DNA of 64,000 nucleotides from NCBI RefSeq assembly GCF_056746865.1, contig NZ_CM163382.1; one strand, 5' to 3'. Shown piece by piece: positions 58,256 to 64,000 of this stretch (position 1 is its first letter; each line of letters starts with the position of its first letter). The notes under the pieces were generated by a model. It saw only the letters and a program-made list of their open reading frames with translations, ran no database searches and was not told where the DNA came from. The position numbers and the translations under genes were made by a program.

Positions 58256-58993
58256 ATTGTCGGATGCGTCGTGTGGCGCATCCGACACCGTGCGCCGATG
58301 CCTGATGCGACGCTGACGCGTCTTATCATGCCTACAGGCCTGAACCGTAGGTCGGATAAGGCGCTCGCGCCGCATCCGACACCGTGCGCCGATGCCTGAT
58401 GCGACGCTGGCGCGTCTTATCATGCCTACAGGTCTGAACCGTAGGTCGGATAAGGCGCTCGCGCCGCATCCGACACCGTGCGCAGATGCCTGATACGACG
58501 CTGGCGCGTCTTATCATGCCTACAGGCCTGAACCGTAGGTCGGATAAGGCGCTCGCGCCGCATCCGACACCGTGCGCCGATGCCTGATGCGACGCTGGTG
58601 CGTCTTATCATGCCTACAGGCCTGAACCGTAGGTCGGATAAGGCGCTCGCGCCGCATCCGACACCGTGCGCAGATGCCTGATGCGACGCTGGTGCGTCTT
58701 ATCATGCCTACAGGCCTGAACCGTAGGTCGGATAAGGCGCTCGCGCCGCATCCGACACCGTGCGCAGATGCCTGATACGACGCTGGCGCGTCTTATCATG
58801 CCTACAGGCCTGAACCGTAGGTCGGATAAGGCGCTCGCGCCGCATCCGACACCGTGCGCAGATGCCTGATGCGACGCTGGTGCGTCTTATCATGCCTACA
58901 GGTCTGAACCGTAGGTCGGATAAGGCGCTCGCGTCGCATCCGACACCCCGCGCCGATGCCTGATGCGACGCTGACGCGTCTTATCAGGCCTAC
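58256..58993. repeat. tandem REP/BIME array, about 8 copies of a 94-bp unit, between prpE and codB
   Basis: Units containing catccgacaccgtgcgccgatgcctgatgcgacgctg recur every 94 bp (58279, 58373, 58467, 58561, 58655, 58749, 58843, 58937). Confidence 0.85.
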
Positions 58994-59152
58994 CCACTAC
59001 CCACTGTTTTTACACCGATAATTTTTCCCCCACCTTTTTGCACTCATTCATATAAAAAATATATTTCCCCACGAAAACGATTGCTTTTTATCTTCAGATG
59101 AATAGAATGCGGCGAATTTTTTGGGTTTCAAACAGCAAAAAGGGGGAATTTC

Positions 59153-60412
59153 GTGTCGCAAGATAACAACTTTAGCCAGGGGCCAGTCCCGCAGTCGGCG
59201 CGGAAAGGGGTATTGGCATTGACGTTCGTCATGCTGGGATTAACCTTCTTTTCCGCCAGTATGTGGACCGGCGGCACTCTCGGAACCGGTCTTAGCTATC
59301 ATGATTTCTTCCTCGCAGTTCTCATCGGTAATCTTCTCCTCGGTATTTACACTTCATTTCTCGGTTACATTGGCGCAAAAACCGGCCTGACCACTCATCT
59401 TCTTGCTCGCTTCTCGTTTGGTGTTAAAGGCTCATGGCTGCCTTCACTGCTACTGGGCGGAACTCAGGTTGGCTGGTTTGGCGTCGGTGTGGCGATGTTT
59501 GCTATTCCGGTGGGTAAGGCAACCGGGCTGGATATTAATTTGCTGATTGCCGTTTCCGGTTTACTGATGACCGTCACCGTCTTTTTTGGCATTTCGGCGC
59601 TGACGGTTCTTTCGGTGATTGCGGTTCCGGCTATCGCCTGCCTGGGCGGTTATTCCGTGTGGCTGGCTGTTAACGGCATGGGCGGCCTGGACGCATTAAA
59701 AGCGGTCGTTCCCGCACAACCGTTAGATTTCAATGTCGCGCTGGCGCTGGTTGTGGGGTCATTTATCAGTGCGGGTACGCTCACCGCTGACTTTGTCCGG
59801 TTTGGTCGCAATGCCAAACTGGCGGTGCTGGTGGCGATGGTGGCCTTTTTCCTCGGCAACTCGTTGATGTTTATTTTCGGTGCAGCGGGCGCTGCGGCAC
59901 TGGGGATGGCGGATATCTCTGATGTGATGATTGCTCAGGGCCTGCTGCTGCCTGCGATTGTGGTGCTGGGGCTGAATATCTGGACCACCAACGATAACGC
60001 ACTCTATGCGTCGGGTTTAGGTTTCGCCAACATTACTGGTATGTCGAGCAAAACCCTTTCGGTGATTAACGGTATTATCGGTACGGTCTGCGCATTATGG
60101 CTGTATAACAATTTTGTCGGCTGGTTGACCTTCCTTTCGGCAGCTATTCCTCCGGTAGGTGGCGTGATCATTGCCGACTATCTGATGAACCGTCGCCGCT
60201 ATGAGCACTTTGCGACCACGCGTATGATGAGTGTCAATTGGGTGGCGATTCTGGCGGTCGCGCTGGGGATTGCCGCAGGCCACTGGTTACCGGGAATTGT
60301 TCCGGTCAACGCGGTATTAGGTGGCGCGCTGAGCTATCTGATCCTTAACCCGATTTTGAATCGTAAAACGACAGCAGCAATGACGCATGTGGAGGTTAAC
60401 AGTGTCGAATAA
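59153..60412 (+). CDS. codB: cytosine permease (NCS1 family), 419 aa
   Basis: Polytopic membrane ORF immediately upstream of and overlapping codA. Confidence 0.9.
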   Translation: MSQDNNFSQGPVPQSARKGVLALTFVMLGLTFFSASMWTGGTLGTGLSYHDFFLAVLIGNLLLGIYTSFLGYIGAKTGLTTHLLARFSFGVKGSWLPSLLLGGTQVGWFGVGVAMFAIPVGKATGLDINLLIAVSGLLMTVTVFFGISALTVLSVIAVPAIACLGGYSVWLAVNGMGGLDALKAVVPAQPLDFNVALALVVGSFISAGTLTADFVRFGRNAKLAVLVAMVAFFLGNSLMFIFGAAGAAALGMADISDVMIAQGLLLPAIVVLGLNIWTTNDNALYASGLGFANITGMSSKTLSVINGIIGTVCALWLYNNFVGWLTFLSAAIPPVGGVIIADYLMNRRRYEHFATTRMMSVNWVAILAVALGIAAGHWLPGIVPVNAVLGGALSYLILNPILNRKTTAAMTHVEVNSVE

Positions 60413-61685
60413 CGCTTTACAAACAATTATTAACGCCCGGTTACCAGGCAAAGAGGGGCTGTGGCAGATTCATCTGCAGGACGGAAAAATCAGCGCCATT
60501 GATGCGCAATCCGGCGTGATGCCCATAACTGAAAACAGCCTGGATGCCGAACAAGGTTTAGTTATACCGCCGTTTGTGGAGCCGCATATTCACCTGGACA
60601 CCACGCAAACCGCCGGACAACCGAACTGGAATCAGTCCGGCACGCTGTTTGAAGGCATTGAACGCTGGGCCGAGCGCAAAGCGTTATTAACCCATGACGA
60701 TGTGAAACAACGCGCCTGGCAAACGCTGAAATGGCAGATTGCCAACGGCATTCAGCATGTGCGTACCCATGTCGATGTTTCGGATGCAACGCTAACTGCG
60801 CTGAAAGCAATGCTGGAAGTGAAGCAGGAAGTCGCGCCGTGGATTGATCTGCAAATTGTCGCCTTCCCTCAGGAAGGGATTTTGTCGTATCCCAACGGTG
60901 AAGCGTTGCTGGAAGAGGCGTTACGCTTAGGGGCAGATGTAGTGGGGGCGATTCCGCATTTTGAATTTACCCGTGAATACGGCGTGGAGTCGCTGCATAA
61001 AACCTTCGCCCTGTCGCAAAAATACGACCGTCTCATCGACGTTCACTGTGATGAGATTGATGACGAACAGTCGCGCTTTGTCGAAACCGTTGCAGCCCTG
61101 GCGCACCGTGAAGGCATGGGCGCGCGAGTCACCGCCAGCCACACAACGGCAATGCACTCCTATAACGGGGCGTATACCTCACGCCTGTTCCGCTTGCTGA
61201 AAATGTCCGGTATTAACTTTGTCGCCAACCCGCTGGTCAATATTCATCTGCAAGGACGTTTCGATACGTATCCAAAACGTCGCGGCATCACGCGCGTTAA
61301 AGAGATGCTGGAGTCCGGCATTAACGTCTGCTTTGGTCACGATGATGTCTTCGATCCGTGGTATCCGCTGGGAACGGCGAATATGCTGCAAGTGCTGCAT
61401 ATGGGGCTGCATGTTTGCCAGCTGATGGGCTACGGGCAGATTAACGACGGTCTGAATTTAATCACCCACCACAGCGCCAGGACGTTGAATTTGCAGGATT
61501 ACGGCATTGCCGCCGGAAACAGCGCCAACCTGATTATCCTGCCTGCAGAAAATGGGTTTGATGCGCTGCGCCGTCAGGTTCCGGTGCGCTATTCGGTACG
61601 TGGCGGTAAGGTGATTGCCAGCACCCAACCAGCACAAACCACCGTATATCTGGAGCAGCCAGAAGCCATCGATTACAAACGGTGA
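60402..61685 (+). CDS. codA: cytosine deaminase, 427 aa, GTG start
   Basis: Amidohydrolase motifs (HIHLD, HCDE); start at GTG ([10 protein letters not shown]) overlapping the codB 3' end by 11 nt. Confidence 0.9.
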   Translation: MSNNALQTIINARLPGKEGLWQIHLQDGKISAIDAQSGVMPITENSLDAEQGLVIPPFVEPHIHLDTTQTAGQPNWNQSGTLFEGIERWAERKALLTHDDVKQRAWQTLKWQIANGIQHVRTHVDVSDATLTALKAMLEVKQEVAPWIDLQIVAFPQEGILSYPNGEALLEEALRLGADVVGAIPHFEFTREYGVESLHKTFALSQKYDRLIDVHCDEIDDEQSRFVETVAALAHREGMGARVTASHTTAMHSYNGAYTSRLFRLLKMSGINFVANPLVNIHLQGRFDTYPKRRGITRVKEMLESGINVCFGHDDVFDPWYPLGTANMLQVLHMGLHVCQLMGYGQINDGLNLITHHSARTLNLQDYGIAAGNSANLIILPAENGFDALRRQVPVRYSVRGGKVIASTQPAQTTVYLEQPEAIDYKR

Positions 61686-61709
61686 TCGGCTGGGCTGTGT
61701 GTTGACAAA

Positions 61710-61810
61710 GCGAGCGTAGTTTATGCCGGATGCGGCGTGAACGCCTTATCCGGCCTACGTAGAGCACTGAACTCGTAGGCCTGATAAGCGTAGCGCATCA
61801 GGCAATTGTG
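61710..61810. repeat. REP pair (BIME) between convergent codA and cynR
   Basis: gccggatgcggcgtgaacgccttatccggcctac followed by an inverted partner (gtaggcctgataagcgtagcgcatcaggca). Confidence 0.7.
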
Positions 61811-61817
61811 TCAGTGG

Positions 61818-62717
61818 TTACCGCGATTCATTCCCGCCAACAACCGCGCATTTATCCAACGCCATTTGCAAAAATGCCTTCGCGGCGGCTGTCTGCCAGC
61901 TATTTTTCCGCCGCAACAAAACCGCCGTTCTCTTCAGTAGTGGTGGGGCAAGAGAAATAGCTTTAAGCCCTTCATGTTGTGTGGCAATCGCTGCTGGCAA
62001 CAATGTGGAAAGGGAAGTGCGGCGAATCAGCTCCAGAACCGCGCTAATTGAGTTCGCCTCAATGACCACCTGTGGATGTAGCCCCGCTTTCTCACAGTAG
62101 TGGTCAATTTGCTCTCTGGTGGCAAATTCCGCGCTGAGCAGGACCAGTTTTTCATCATGCAAGCGACTCAACGCCACCTGTTCACAGGCAGCCAGCGGAT
62201 GATGTTGCGCCACGACTAACGCTAAACTTTCTGTCAGTAAAGGAATTGCCTCCAGCTCCGGCGAATGCACAGGCGCGAAGGCAATCCCAACGTCCAACTC
62301 GTCGCGACAAAGCAGATCTTCGATTTTCTCCTGCGACATTTCCTGTAGCTTGAGCGTGATGCCGGGGTAGCGCGCATAGAAATCCGCCATTAAAGGGCCG
62401 ATAAAGTAGCTCGTAAAGGTGGGGGTGACGGCGATACGCAGCGATCCTCGCGTCAGATCGGCAACATCATGAATCGCCCGTTTACCCGCCCCCAGTTCCT
62501 GTAACGCCCGGCTGGCGTACTGTCGCCAGACTTCTCCTGCATCAGTGAGACGAATCGTTCGCCCGCTACGGTCAAACAGCGGCACGCCTAAACTCTCCTC
62601 TAACTGGCGAATCTGCTGGGAAAGCGCAGGCTGGGAGACGTGCAACGCACTGGCGGCACGGGTAAAGCTGCCATGTTCAGCCACGGCAAGAAAATAATTG
62701 ATATGTCGAGAGAGCAT
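61818..62717 (-). CDS. cynR: LysR-family activator of the cyn operon, 299 aa
   Basis: LysR HTH ([27 protein letters not shown]); start trimmed to MLSRHINYF. Confidence 0.85.
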   Translation of the reverse strand: MLSRHINYFLAVAEHGSFTRAASALHVSQPALSQQIRQLEESLGVPLFDRSGRTIRLTDAGEVWRQYASRALQELGAGKRAIHDVADLTRGSLRIAVTPTFTSYFIGPLMADFYARYPGITLKLQEMSQEKIEDLLCRDELDVGIAFAPVHSPELEAIPLLTESLALVVAQHHPLAACEQVALSRLHDEKLVLLSAEFATREQIDHYCEKAGLHPQVVIEANSISAVLELIRRTSLSTLLPAAIATQHEGLKAISLAPPLLKRTAVLLRRKNSWQTAAAKAFLQMALDKCAVVGGNESR

Positions 62718-62826
62718 TCGCCAACCTATAAGTAAATCCAATAGAACTCATCATAAATGAGACTTTTACCTTATGACAATCGGCGAGTAGTCTGCCTCTC
62801 ATTCCAGAGACAGACAGAGGTTAACG
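62718..62826. promoter_or_regulatory. divergent cynR / cynTS promoter region
   Basis: Short spacer between divergent cynR and cynT; role inferred from established cyn operon organisation, sites not mapped here. Confidence 0.4.
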
Positions 62827-63486
62827 GTGAAAGAGATTATTGATGGATTCCTTAAATTCCAGCGCGAGGCATTTCCGAAGCGGGAAGCCTTGTTTAAACA
62901 GCTGGCGACACAGCAAAGCCCGCGCACACTTTTTATCTCCTGCTCCGACAGCCGTCTGGTCCCTGAGCTGGTGACGCAACGTGAGCCTGGCGATCTGTTC
63001 GTTATTCGCAACGCGGGCAATATCGTTCCTTCCTACGGGCCAGAACCCGGTGGCGTTTCTGCTTCGGTGGAGTACGCCGTCGCTGCGCTTCGGGTATCTG
63101 ACATTGTGATTTGCGGTCATTCCAACTGTGGCGCAATGACCGCTATTGCCAGCTGCCAGTGCATGGACCATATGCCTGCCGTCTCTCACTGGCTGCGTTA
63201 TGCCGATTCTGCCCGCGTCGTTAATGAGGCGCGCCCGCATCGTGATTTACCGTCAAAAGCTGCGGCGATGGTGCGTGAAAACGTGATTGCTCAGTTGGCT
63301 AATCTGCAAACGCATCCATCGGTGCGCCTGGCGCTCGAAGAGGGGCGGATCGCCCTGCACGGCTGGGTCTACGACATTGAAAGCGGCAGCATCGCAGCTT
63401 TTGACGGCGCAACCCGCCAGTTTGTGCCACTGGCCGCTAATCCTCGCGTTTGTGCCATACCGCTACGCCAACCGACCGCAGCGTAA
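62827..63486 (+). CDS. cynT: beta-class carbonic anhydrase, 219 aa
   Basis: Beta-carbonic-anhydrase Zn-ligand motifs (CSDSR, HSNCG). Confidence 0.9.
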   Translation: MKEIIDGFLKFQREAFPKREALFKQLATQQSPRTLFISCSDSRLVPELVTQREPGDLFVIRNAGNIVPSYGPEPGGVSASVEYAVAALRVSDIVICGHSNCGAMTAIASCQCMDHMPAVSHWLRYADSARVVNEARPHRDLPSKAAAMVRENVIAQLANLQTHPSVRLALEEGRIALHGWVYDIESGSIAAFDGATRQFVPLAANPRVCAIPLRQPTAA

Positions 63487-63498
63487 CCTTATTTTTAA

Positions 63499-63987
<489 letters not shown>

Positions 63988-64000
63988 CAACCATGCGCGA

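Noticed and set aside
57359-58423. 354-aa antisense ORF spanning the prpE 3' half and into the REP array
   Set aside because: Antisense to prpE with Arg-rich composition, and it runs into repeat sequence; spurious.
58332-58893. Five near-identical 61-aa minus-strand ORFs spaced 94 bp apart
   Set aside because: Each is the same REP unit translated; these are tandem-repeat artefacts, not a gene family.

Overview
This 64 kb window is Escherichia-type chromosomal DNA whose core matches the E. coli ykg–rcl–lut–bet–yah–prp–cod–cyn region, identified from recalled protein sequences, gene lengths and gene order rather than any database search. From 5' to 3': a redox/detox block (Old Yellow Enzyme-type flavin oxidoreductase, alpha/beta hydrolase, two LysR regulators, two aldo-keto reductases); an intact 1417-aa intimin/invasin-like adhesin (eaeH-like); an AraC/GyrI-like regulator; a third aldo-keto reductase gene split by a complete IS5 with TTAG target duplication; rclCBA/rclR; ykgEFG (lutABC-like); ykgH; betABI/betT; pdeL (yahA); the uncharacterized yahB–yahJ cluster; a roughly 5.5 kb block carrying an ASCH-domain gene and a four-gene ribose/AI-2-type ABC importer that I do not recall being present in K-12; yahK; a complete IS2 with GATAG target duplication; yahL, yahM, a yahN interrupted by an in-frame TGA, yahO; prpR with a sigma-54 promoter and prpBCDE; codBA; cynR/cynTS. 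Two expanded REP/BIME tandem arrays flank prpC–prpE. The most interesting items are the yahEFG–yahI–yahJ cluster as a candidate carbamoyl-transfer pathway of unknown substrate, the ABC importer island, the yahN premature stop, and the two IS insertions. All coordinates come from the supplied ORF track plus manual start-codon trimming; no homology search could be run.
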